A stretch of DNA of 64,000 nt, from the NCBI RefSeq assembly GCF_964355755.1, contig NC_092672.1, forward strand, positions 33,672,437 through 33,736,436. The letters run 5' to 3'. This DNA comes from Antedon mediterranea. Its lineage: Eukaryota; Animalia; Echinodermata. This document shows, piece after piece, positions 50,240 through 62,700 of the stretch. Within the stretch, counting starts at the first letter, position 1, and every line of letters starts with the position of its first letter. A program made the position numbers and the translations under genes. The notes below the pieces were generated by a model. It did not search any database, was not told the origin of the DNA, and saw only the letters and a list, made by a program, of their open reading frames with translations.

Positions 50240-51502
50240 CAGGGCATCATTTATAAGGAGCGCCTGCGCGACCGCGCTCCTCCGCGCTCCTCAACAGGCT
50301 TCGAGGAGAGCAATTTATCGCGCTCCTTAATTTTCAAAATAGAGCCTAGCTTTTGACAGTGTTGATTTTTCTGTCAAGAGGCCTAAAAACACGTGGATTT
50401 TTAAAAGTTAAAACCAATCTAGGCCTAGGCTAATAATATATAAGCTAAGTTATAAAGCTACAAGCCTAATGGCAGTCCCTCGTTTTTAAGGATCGCGAGC
50501 GTGATCGCAATCAACAACCTTCGAAAAGGAGAGCAATTCATCGCGCTCCATCTCACACAGTGCGAGGTACCAACAAAGGGGATTCCCCTGCCTACCTGCG
50601 CGCATTCAAGGGCGAGTTTACTTCATCGCCTCATAGTGCAACCAGTACGGTGTCATAGAAACACCTCCTTTACAGGAAGATCATGTCCCAACCAATAATT
50701 TTTCCCTTTATGTTTTTATGGAACGAGTTAATAAAATATATTTAATTTTAAAAGGAAACATTAATATAGGAGGCCTAAATATAATGTTTATTATTTAAAA
50801 AAGCTTAGCTGCTGGTTGCTTTAATTATGTCATTTTGAAGATGGATTATTTCTTCGAAAGTTCTAACCAATTTTGGTCACTCAAATCCTCCTCAAAACAC
50901 GTGCTGATGTGTGACGTCACCATCTTCTAGAAGCTCTTTCAGCCCTCCCCTATTATTGTGCGTGCGCCCATGTGTGACACATGTAAACACGATCAAATAT
51001 CTTTCTTAATTATTTTAAAATGACACTTTGTAACTTGTTATCAATATTTTAATGGCTGTTGCATGTTAGAATTGTATAATTTATGAATTGCAGGTAAATA
51101 CTTTTCAGGTTTTCTGTCTGATTTCTAGGCCAACAAGCTAGGCTAGAAAAGCTAGGCTAAAGGCATAATAGTTGGCCAGGACAGGATTCTCTAGGCTCCT
51201 GAAACCCAATCTACCCAGGCAGGCCATAAAAAAAAATTGGCTTGAGTTTTTTGTACTGTAGAATAATACGATCCCCACGGAAAATATTGTGTGTAAAGGT
51301 GGGTGTGGGGGATTTTAGAGGAGAGGTAGTATACATTTGTTGTGCCCGGGGGGGGGGGGGGGGGGGCGACCATCCTTCAACTTCAACATAAATATTTGAG
51401 GAGAGCGATTTAAAATTTTTGCAAGGAGAGCGAATTGCTCTCCTCGGTGATTTGAGGAGAGCGATTTGTTACTCTCCTGGGTTTTGCATACGTGATGCCC
51501 TG
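50240..51502. mobile_element. hAT-like element with a 6-bp TSD (TCATTT)
   Basis: TIR cagggcatca/tgatgccctg; TSD at 50234-50239 and 51503-51508; subterminal ggagag/cgctcc motifs. Confidence 0.7.
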
Positions 51503-51579
51503 TCATTTCACACTTACACGTAAAATATGCAATCAATTCAATTTATGTAAATAATATTGCAACACTGTATTAATATTTA

Positions 51580-52565
51580 CGCCGTGGTTAGGATTCCGGC
51601 ACCGAAACTCAACTGCCCAGCGTTAGGGAATCCGACACGCTATTGCGCATGCCCAGAGCAAGGTAATCGGCGATTCTATTTTTGTCTACAACAGACCAAA
51701 GCGTGGTTCCCACTAGCGACGCAACACAAGGACGTAACGCAACGCAAGTAAATTGACCAATCACAAGCGATGGCTTATTCGCTTGTGATTGCTAACTGTC
51801 TATAACTTCGCTTGTCATTGGTTAAAACGCTTGCGTTGCGTTTACGTCCTTGCGTTACGTTCTAGTGGGAACCAAGCTTTACAGCGATGGATCATTTTAA
51901 TAGCTGCGCCACGGCGAACTAGCCGGCCTACATGCCTACTAATACTAGTAGGCCTACCAGCTAGATCTGACCATTGGGCCTATTTATTTCGTAATTAAAT
52001 TTGCTTCATTCATATATAAACTTTATATATTTATGAATTATAATTGCATGACTAGTTTTATTTTTTATGATTTTTCAAGTACAAAATAAAAGATTTCATA
52101 TAACGCATTTATACTGTACATAACATCATGCAATCGTATACAAGTTGATTTGTTGACAGCAGCCGCCGTGCGGATGTGAAAAAAAAACAGAACTGTTCGG
52201 GAGAAGTCGGTGTCGCAACGCTACGCTACTCATTTTCGTACATTTCTTGAAATACGCAAGCTGATTCTTATCAATATCATAATAATTATTTTAACGCGTG
52301 GCGTAATTATTAATTCATGTATGGCCTAGGCCAAGTTTCATCCATCGCTCTCTCCCCCGCGCGACGACTAACTAGGCCACAGCAAAGATATCTTTGGCTA
52401 CACAGTACATCCCTAGTTAACACTCCGACTCTCGGGTAATGTGGTGCGCGGTCTGTGGCACTAGTGCAAGCTATAATTACTTCGCTCTGGGCATGCGCAA
52501 TTTAGCGTGTCGGATTCCCTAACGATGGGAAGTTGAGTTGCGGTGCCGGAATCCTAACCACGGCG
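51580..52565. mobile_element. MULE-like MITE (9-bp TSD TAATATTTA, ~80-bp TIR) containing a Harbinger-type MITE (about 51700-51879)
   Basis: TIR cgccgtggttaggattccggcaccg...gcgcatgcccagagc; TSD at 51571-51579 and 52566-52574. Inner element agcgtggttcccactag..ctagtgggaaccaagct, related to about 4060-4200. Confidence 0.78.
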
Positions 52566-53819
52566 TAATATTTATTCAATTCAATATTAAAGTTAAGAAC
52601 TATAAATACCAACCTTTTGTATATAAAAATATTGATCATCCATTAGATTTTTCTCGTTTGATTCACATAGAAAAGATTATAGGCCTACATGTACTTCATT
52701 ATTTTGTACTCTAGCTAGGCATAAGCCTAAGGGCCTTAGCTAGGCCTACAATCTGAAATAAAGAAAGCGAGTAAGTTTAACAAATAGCCGTCCTAGGCTA
52801 GCAGCATGTGTTTGTATATTAACACTAATAATAGCATTAGCAGCTACTGTAGACAGCCTAGCAGAAAGCTAGCTAGGCCAACTAATTATATATTATAATG
52901 TTATATTTATGTATACTTTTGGATATTAAATAAAGAAAGCATTGAACTAAAAGGCCTAAAATACATACCATTTTATAACCATAATAAGTACAGTACTGTA
53001 GTTATCCTTGGCAAGGCAAATGTTTGCCCTTTGACATGCATAATACTAAATGCTTCCACTAGGCCTAGTGAGTGAATTCAGTTCATCAGTTTGGCAGCCT
53101 GCCTAGCCTACCAGGCTATAGCCTAGCTAGCTATGCATGTGTGGCCTACTAGACCAGAGGCTATAAGCTATTGATAAGGGTAAAATAGTCAAGCTCAAAG
53201 CTTATAAATTAGTAGATTACAAATAAAAAAGATTGTTTTCCTACCTCAAAACATACTTATTTGACAATTTCAATGACGAGCCTTTTTTTTCTACACACCA
53301 CTTAAACTACTGTAGGCCTAGCCTACGTCGAAGTAACTGAAATTACTGACACCAGTTTCAAAATTTTATCAATACGAAACTAACCAATGACAAGCTCGTA
53401 TCTTATGAAATTTGATCTTGCATGAAAGGATCATTCAATTTTCAACACAACTTCTAGAACATTTTTGTATTATACAGAGACAATAATATTTGCCAATCTA
53501 AAATTCCTAAATAACCAATAATCATTTGTTTTACAATAAAGGATGATAAAATAAACCGCCAACTGAAATCTAATGTTAATTTAACGTTGAAACATCAATG
53601 GCAACGCACTTAGTATTAAAAAATTTAAGTATTAAATATAATTTATCTTTAATTTAACGTTGAAAAACAAAAATAATAATTGTTTGAAAAAACAACATAA
53701 TTTCAAGAGTTTTTCAACATTGAAAACATGTCATTTGAAAATGGCAACTGGATTTCAACGTTAAAATAACGTTGGAATAACATTGAAAAACAAAAAAAAT
53801 AATTGTTTGAAAAAAATTA

Positions 53820-55560
53820 TTAGTTAGAAATACAATGTTATTTCAACGTTGGATCAACATTGATTAATTAACGTCAATTACTAGTTAGAAAGACAATGTT
53901 ATTTCAACGTTGGAGCAACATTGATAAATTAACGTAAATTTCTTGTTAAAAATACAATGTTATTTCAACGTTGGATCAACATTGATAAATTAACGTAAAT
54001 TACTAGTTAGAAATACAATGTTATCAACATTGATAAATTAACGTAAATTTCTAGTTAAAAATACAATGTTATTGCAACGTTGGATCAACATTGATAAATT
54101 AATGTAAATTTCTTGTTAAAAATACAATGTTATTTCAACGTTGGATCAACATTGATAAATTAACGTAAATTTCTAGATATAAAGACAATGTTATTTCAAC
54201 GTTGTATCAACATTGATAAATTAACGTAAATTACTAGTTAGAAAGACAATGTTATTTCAACGTTGGATCAACATTAATAAATTAACGTAAATTTCTAGTT
54301 AAAAATACAATGTTATTTCAACGTTGGATCAACATTGATAAATTAACGTAAATTACTAGTTAGAAATACAATGTTATTTCAACGTTGGATCAACATTGAT
54401 AAATTAACGTAAATTACTAGTTAAAAATACAATGTTATTTCAACGTTGGATCAACATTGATAAATTAACGTAAATTTCTAGTTAAAAATACTATGTGATT
54501 TTAACGTTGGATCAACATTGATAAATTAACGTAAATTACTAGTTAAAAATACAATGTGATTTCAACGTTGGATCAACATTGATAAATTAACGTAAATTAC
54601 TAGTTAGAAAGACAATGTTATTTCAACGTTGGATCAACAATGATAAATTAACTTAAATTACTAGTTAAAAAGACAATGTTATTTCAACGTTGGATCAACA
54701 TTAATAAATTAACGTAAATTTCTAGTTAAAAATACATTGTTATTTCAACGTTGGATCAACATTGATAAATTAACGTAAATTACTAGTTAAAAATACAATG
54801 TTTATTTCAACGTTGGATCAACATTGATAAATTAACGTAAATTACTAGTTAAAAATACAATGTTATTTCAACGTTGGATCAACATTGATAAATTAACTTA
54901 AATTTCGAGTTAAAAATACAATATGATTTTAACGTTGGATCAACATTGATAAATTAAGGTAAATTACTAGTTAGAAAGACAATGTTATTTCAACGTTGGA
55001 TCAACATTGATAAATTAACTTAAATTACTAGTTAGAAAGACAATGTTATTTCAAAGTTGGATCAACATTGATAATAAAACGAAAATTTCTAGTTAGAAAT
55101 ACAATGTTATTTCAACGTTGGATCAACATTGATAAATTAACGCAAATTTCTAGTTAGAAATACAATGTTATTTCAACGTTGGATCAACATTGATAAATTA
55201 ACGTAAATTTCTAGTTAAAAATACAATGTTATTTCAACGTTGAATCAACATTGACAAATTAACGTAAAACATTTGTTTGAAAAACAATGTTATTTCAACG
55301 TTGGATCAACATTGATAAATTAACGTAAAACATTTGTTAGAAAGACAATGTTATTCCAACGTTAAATCAACATTTATTAATTAACATAAATTACTAGTTA
55401 GAAAGACAATGTTATTTCAACGTTGATTCAATGTTTATTACTAAACGTAAAAAAAATAGTTAGGGAAAAAATGTTATTTCAACGTTGATTCAACGTTTGA
55501 AATACGCTGACAACATGATTTCAACAAATCAACTATATTTCAACGTTGATTCAACGTTGA
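53820..55560. repeat. Subterminal array, 61-bp unit, about 27 copies
   Basis: Unit ctagttagaaatacaatgttatttcaacgttggatcaacattgataaattaacgtaaatta. Confidence 0.95.
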
Positions 55561-56746
55561 AATTATGTTCTGTGCCCACTGGGTAGTATCTTTGTATAAT
55601 TTTCTTTGAGAATCTATAATTAAATCGATCATGATTAACCATAGTCAATTTACTTTCTATACTATGGATTAACATATTCACAATTATTGTAAGGAGTAAT
55701 GCGCTGGTTTCTGGATCAAAAATCGAAAGACTAAAATTAAAATATTTTTATAGATTCTGTAAGTAAATGCGATGTTATCATTGATTGATTGCACGATTTT
55801 TAGTTGTATTTTGTGCACACTACCATCAGGGAGTTGTAAACAACTCCCTGCTACCATCGTAGGGTCTTCCTTGGCTTTTGCGCGCGCGGTTTTGTCTCTG
55901 TTATGGTCTTAGATTTAGAAACACCCATCAAAACATTTAAAAAATATTATACAAATTTGTTTTCGGTATTTAGATTATTTTATTTTGTTTTCGGTTTGTT
56001 TTCGGTTGTTTCTGGTTGTTTTCGGTTGTTTGTGGTTTGTTTTCGGTTGTTTAGGGCTGTTTTCGGTTATTTTCGGTTGTTTTCGGTTGTTTTCGGTAAT
56101 AAGACTGACCAAGAGGGGGCGCTATTGAATTTCTTGCTACTTTTTTATTTCGCCACTTATTATTTCGTCGTCGACGCGTCGTACATGCGGCGGTGGGGCA
56201 AAGAACGGGTTGTTGGCCTCTCGTTTCTGTGACAATTTGGCCTAGGCCTACCATCATTTACGATAATAGTATAATATTATTAGTATTAAACATTCTATAC
56301 TGATAAAATGCCAATTGAAACAAAGGTATATGAAGCCTATATTTTTTTAGAATAGTAAAAAAAATCAATTTGAAAGTGTTTGTTTGATATTTACATTATT
56401 TTTTATACCAACAACAAGCTAGAGTGTAGGCTAGGCCTAGCCTACTACTAGTTTGGGCCCTACCTAGCTAGGACCCAGGGCAGGCCTAGGCTATGCATAT
56501 GTTAGCCAAACCAATCGTAGCTGTAGACACTAGCAGGTCTAGTAACTAGTAGTTAGTATGCCTATTAATTCCATCCGTAACACTTGGCGCCAATCCATAC
56601 AGTACATACAATGGAAATAGAAAATAAAGCTTGGATTAGAATCATAAAATAAAATCACCACTTTTAATTTGAATTAAAATGCACCCTTTTAATTGACATG
56701 CTCCCTTTTTCAGATTCTTTATTAAAAGACAAACCTGCCCAACAAG

Positions 56747-59700
56747 ATGATGCTGCAACAATTTGTCAGCGGTTTAAAAAGTCGTAACGATGAAGTACGC
56801 AATAAAGCGGCTAAAAACCTCCAACACTATGTGACCACGGAACTGCGGGAAGTATCGGCTGAAGAATACAATTCTTTCATGACAACGCTGGATCACAATA
56901 TAGTGCAACTTGTGTCTAGCACAGATGTTATTGAGAAAAAGGGCGGAATCATTGCCATTGGTAAATGATTACACTAATTTAAGTCAGTGTATGTATTATA
57001 GGTGAATCCAGTGGTGCCAGTTGATGTGGCTACACCACACCCGTACCCCCTCCTTCTTCTCCACACCACCACCCCCTTCTTCTCCACCACACTGCCACCC
57101 ACTCCTTCTCCACCACACACCCACCCCTCCTTCTCCACCTCACTGCCACCCCTCCTTTTCCACCACACCCTCTCCTTCTCCACCACACCACCCATTCATA
57201 TATTGTATATTAAATGAGAATTTGTATATATTTTAAGAAATCTAAAACAAATGATAAAAAAATAGGTACCAACTAACTAAAATAATTTTTTTTTCTCTAG
57301 TGAGCTTAATTGGAATAGATGGAGGCAACACGACTCGTCTAGGGCGGTTTGCCAACTACCTGCGCAACTACACATTGCCTTGCAATGATGTCGGCGTCAT
57401 GGAGATGTCATCCAAAGCAGTTGGACGACTCGCGCTTGCCGGTGGAACGTTCACTCCAGAGTATGTAGAGTTTGAAGTGCGCAGAGCGTTGGAGCGGCTA
57501 TCGGAAGAAAGACACGAAAATCGGAGACTTGCAGCAGTGAGTTTTTTTGTGCACACACGTTATCTAAACTGTATGCATGTTCTGTTTGTCCAAAGCAAAA
57601 CCTGGTTTGTTCAAATGTATTGAGATACTGTATGCTTGGGCCTGAGAAGGCCTCATCTGAATGTTCTTAGTTTTCTGTAAAAATATACTTTTTTTTCCAA
57701 ACTGATTTTCTTAATTTTTGTAGGTGTTAGTTTTAAAGGAGCTAGCAATCAATGCACCAACGTTCTTCTTTCAACAAGTCCAGTCTTTCTTTGACAATAT
57801 ATTCAATGCTATCAGAGATCCTAAGGTACAGTATATTAAGTACATCCACACACATTTACACCCCTCCTTCATTACACCTCTCCCCCTAGACTTTCCCCAA
57901 GTCTGTATTTATTGTCGTTTTTATGTTATTTCACCAGCCAACGTTTGATTTTTGTCTGGAAAATACAATTGTTATTGTGAGCTATAGTATTATATATATT
58001 TTATAAAGTATGATACGTATGAAACGCATTATATGCCAAAATATTAATCCTTTTGCTAATATAAATTCAAAACACTCTTCCCCTCTAATTTAAAATTGAT
58101 ACAAAATTTCTGAATGCCTAAAAACTATATGGAATTTTAATTAAAATTTACATTTAATGTTATCTCTATTTTGTAGCAATGTATACGTGAGGGCGCTGTT
58201 TCAGCGCTACGTGCTTGTTTGGAACTGACTGCTCAAAGAGAGATTAAAGAAATGCAAAAACCGCAATGGTATAAGGTAGGCAACATGAACCTCTGTAAAG
58301 ACATTTATAGGTCATCTTTTTAAATTAAATAAATGAAGTTGTTGAAACCGCAAATTGAGGGAATTACAAAAGAGATGGCATTTTAATATAATTTTCTTTT
58401 AGAGGGTACCATTCAGTAAAGCACTTAATGAATAGGGGTGACCCCTCTATTAAGGGGATCACTCCTATTAAGGTGATTCTAGTGAAACAAATGAGGGACA
58501 ATATATCTTTTAAAGCTCTGTCTACACTATCAAACTTTATGTGACAAAAAAGGTGATGTGCCCATATAATGGACATGATGATATTATATCACTATCATAT
58601 TTAAGCATAACACTACTATATTTGGGCAATCACACTTCTTTTTTCTCAAACTAGTTTGATAGGGTAGACAGAGATCAACACAAAGATCAACTCCCAAGTG
58701 GGGATACCCCGAATAAGGGAACTGAATACTTTACTTACTCAAAGGTTCTAGTTCTATTGTAGCAGCTAAAAAGTAGTTTGATTAAATTGTTTTTTTAATT
58801 TTAAACTTTTTAAATATTTTTTTAGCAAACATATGAAGAAGCAGAGAAAGGCTTACAGGAAATAGGTGCAAAAGAGAAGGGACTAACGCGGGATGATAAA
58901 GTACATGGTTACCTCCTCATTATCAATGAACTTATTAGGCATAGTAGCATAGACGGAGAGGTAACAGTATTCAGAATTTTCTCTAATTTGCATACTTGTC
59001 CAGGTGGCTGATAAACTTTATAATAAAATAAAGTTAAAGTAAAATTTTCACTTTAGACTTTCTGGAAACTCTATGAAAATAATAAAAATAATATAATAAA
59101 AATAAAATATTTATTTTAAAACGGAGGCTCGTTCATAAAAAAGTGAAAAAAAAAACTTCCACAAGGCCGTATGTAAGAAATACAATAGAATCACAACCAG
59201 CAAAATGATGAACAAATTATATATTGAAAGGAGGAAAAAAAAGTATATAAATTTTATATTAATGGATTAATAGATTTAAAGTTAGTAGATATAAATTAAA
59301 ACAGCTATGTGTTCTTGAAATGAAAAAGTTAAGTATAGGCAAGAAAAAGATTGAATAAATCAGATTTCTTTTGTCCTCCTCTTAGCGTATGCGTCAAGAA
59401 ATGGAAGAGTTATCACAACAGCAGTCTTCACAAGAGAGTCTTCTACAGGTATGTACACTTTAAATCTGAATGTATTGTAGTTTTTCTTTATAAAGATGTA
59501 TTGTCCCCCAAAAACATGAACAAAAATAAAGATTAATTAAATCCGGCTTTGAATAGGTTATTTTGTAGTTTTAATAAAGTTAATCACTTCCATAAAAAAA
59601 TAAAAAATGAAACAAATTTGTTTGCTTTAAATTACAGTTTTTTCGGGTAAATAAAATTTGTTCAGATCCAATTTTTGGTCAAAGTTGATAACTATTATGT

Positions 59701-62700
59701 GACATTAAAATGGCATATTCAACAACAAAAATATATCTTTAACAATTTAATATTTGTAGCCTCAATATTATTTATTATTATTTTGCACAGGATTCTGGAC
59801 AGATGGGACTACGTTCTCGTTACCATCCAACAGGTAGCATGGTAAACACGTTTCAACCGCTATATTCCCTCAAACCATTGTCCGTGATTCACGCAAACGC
59901 ATCTCAGAAACCCCGCTTTGTTCAGAGCAGGTACTGTCGTGAACTCATGGAAGAGAACTTTGATTGTGTAAGTGAACTTTTTATATAAAGAGAAATCAGG
60001 CCTTGTGGGCCTTCAAGTTTTGTATTTGTTTTATTTTAAAGTCTTTAGACAAGGATTACCAATTAGTAAATTAATCACTTTCCTATAGGCAGTATAGTAA
60101 TACCTGTAGTAATAGGCAGTATAGTAATAGTAATACTAGGCACTATTTTCCCTAAAACAGGGGCTTTGTGTGATGGTGTCCAGTTTTGGAGAGTTGTCCA
60201 TGAATTTAATTGAACTATTTTATTTATACTGGGCGACCTCTTCAGTCAATTACTGGTCTCCCATAGGGCCCAATCACACTATGATCAGTGGCTGTGATGT
60301 ACTAGTACACCCGGGTAACCCCCTACTCGTCTCCAAAGATGTACTAGGTTCTTTAAAGTGCACACAAGCTAGATGTGTACACTGGAATTACGGCTTATTG
60401 TCCTTATCCGAGAATACTCGTTCTACCACCAGAACCATGGAGTGAGTGAGCCTCGAACCCTTGCCGAAGTTATGGCTACGTAATTACGGTTCCACTGTCT
60501 TAACCGCTCGGCCACTCACCCATAGAAAATGGTTTGCTGTTGAGTATATTTAATCATCGTCTCCTATTCTTTTTGTAGGTATGCAAGCAAGTACTTAAAT
60601 ATCGGAGCAGCCGTTCCTCTCAGATACAACAGATGTTATTAACGGTTCTACCAAGACTTGCTGCTTTTCAACCTCAGGCTTTTGTTGCTGGCAAGTAAGT
60701 ATAAAGATTGACACTAGTTAGAATGCCGTAGCTAAAGAGCTATTAGGATGGTAATTGTATTTAACTGTATTGTGGAGTAGCTTTGCATCAGGACGTTGAG
60801 TTATTGGTCAGATGCCATACTCTGACATGCATTCGTTTCGATCTTTATTTGATCATCTATGATTATAGCTTTCCTCTTGTCAGTTTTATACATAATTTTG
60901 TTTTGTTCTTTATATTAAGTACAATGAGAACAATTAATAGAAAAATAAGTTTTTGAACAGATTCTAAAACTAATTACAATGTATCAACAAATAATTTAAA
61001 TAACAAAAGTGTTAAATGAAATGCTTAGCTTTTACAGAGTTACATTGTTTATTAAGACCATGGAGTAATAATTGGATTATAATAATTATTACTTCATGTT
61101 CAGACTTTATTAATTGTCTGATAAGATCGTACTAATTAGATGTTTGATTCTTGGGTTATTGGTATTAATGCTACCCCCTACCCCAAAAATGTCTTTTTAT
61201 TGTAATTTTGAAGAATAACAAAATTACATGACAATTGGTATTAATGCAGTGCAATTTTTTTCATGTTAACACACATTTTGTTATTCAATGTCAGTAAACA
61301 CAAGTAAAACACAATTAAAATAAAAAATATTGAAAATTGGAGATTTGATATTGAAATGTATCTCGTTATGGCAAATATTTGCAATTTTGCAAAAGGTCAG
61401 TGACCTTTTGACCTCTACTGACCTTAAAATTGGTTCGATTAATTTTATTCAAATTTTATATGATTAAAAAACATGAATGCTACACAACGACACCTAGATC
61501 ATACTAATTAGATGTTTGATTCTTGGGTTATTGCTATTATTGTTACCCCCTACCCCAAAAAATCTATTTTTATTGCAATTTTTAACAATAAAAAATAACA
61601 ATTTGTATATAATGAACTGCAATTTTTATCTTGTTAACATATATTTTCTTATTCAATATGTCAGTAAGCACAAGTAAAACACAATTAAGATAAAAAATAT
61701 TGAAAATTGTAGATACGATATTGAAATTTATCTATATTTTGGGAAAAATTTGCATTTTGCAAAAGGTCAATGATCTTTTGACCTCTACTGACCTTAATAA
61801 TCTTCCGATTAATTTTATTTAAATTTTAAAAGATTTTAAAAGATGTATGCTACACAATGTTACTAAGATAATACTAATTAGATGTTGGATTCTTGGGTTA
61901 TTAGGATAAATGTTACCCCCTACCCCAAAAAATATTTGAAGATAAAACACTGATGATCATTACAAATGATGCAAGTACATACAATGCATCCCTATATTTT
62001 TCTTGTTAACATCGATTTTTTCACTCTATATGTCCGTGGGAAGAAAATGATACCAAAGAAGTTTAACTGTGGTGGGGGTGCACGGTAACCCCCCTCCAGC
62101 CCATGGACTAGTGTGTCCCAAAGAAGGGGCTCGGTTGTTTCTTCATATGTTTTAATTAATTTTATCCATCAATTTTATTTTGCAGATACCTTGAAGAAAC
62201 TATGGCCTACTTCCTTGGATGCCTTCGAAGGGTATTACATTTCAGTTATAAAAAAATGATTTTAGAAATTAAAAAAATAGAATGACAATATATTCCAACC
62301 TTCTGTGAACAAAATTGAGAAGTGTACTTTTCGATTGCTGAGAAATTATCTCTTGAAAAATGTTTTAATTATCAGAAAACTTTTTTTGAACCGACAATTT
62401 ATTATTTTTGCAGGAACGTGAGAGGTCGAGCGCTTTTCAAGCGCTTGGTTTACTTGCCGTGGCTGCTAAAGCAAACATTTCACAGGAAAATGTTCGCAAG
62501 ATTCTAGATGTAATCAAGACGAGCTTGCCAAATAAGGAACACACTTACAAGTTAGTAGATATTGTCTAAATTTACATCATAAATTTATTTGATTTTACTA
62601 TTATATGTGGCCATACAGCTCTGACATGTTGGGTCCGGTTGCGTTCTGGATGGGAGACCATCTGGGAATTGCGTCAGGTGCTGTATACACCAGAGAGTGA

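Larger units (their letters stand above)
48438..55583. mobile_element. CACTA/EnSpm (CMC)-like non-autonomous element with large subterminal arrays
   Basis: TA|cccagtgggca ... tgcccactggg|TA (2-bp TSD); AACGTT-rich arrays at both ends. Confidence 0.78.
48082..55926. mobile_element. ISL2EU-like element (AT TSD, GG..CC ends, ~180-bp imperfect TIR)
   Basis: AT|gggtgtttctaaagctaagaccata ... tatggtcttagatttagaaacaccc|AT; inner TIR block ggtagtgtgcacaaaatacaact. Confidence 0.7.
47990..56110. mobile_element. Foldback MITE with ccgaaaac repeats, split by nested insertions
   Basis: 47990-48065 is inverted relative to 55930-56100 (tctaaataccgaaaacaaattt.gtataatattttt). Confidence 0.6.

Noticed and set aside
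53820-55560. CRISPR-like 61-bp periodic array
   Set aside because: The whole unit repeats, and it is a subterminal array of a TIR element.
56974-57236. Short ORFs in MTOR intron 1
   Set aside because: They derive from a low-complexity (ccacacc/ccttct) repeat.
60440-60520. tRNA gene (also at 2140-2335, 2930-3100, 41490-41692)
   Set aside because: The cloverleaf stems are degenerate and each is followed by a repeat body, so these are SINE heads.
62606-62685. Functional 5S rRNA gene
   Set aside because: About 40 nt are deleted internally, the sequence is diverged, there is no T-run terminator, and it runs into a SINE body.
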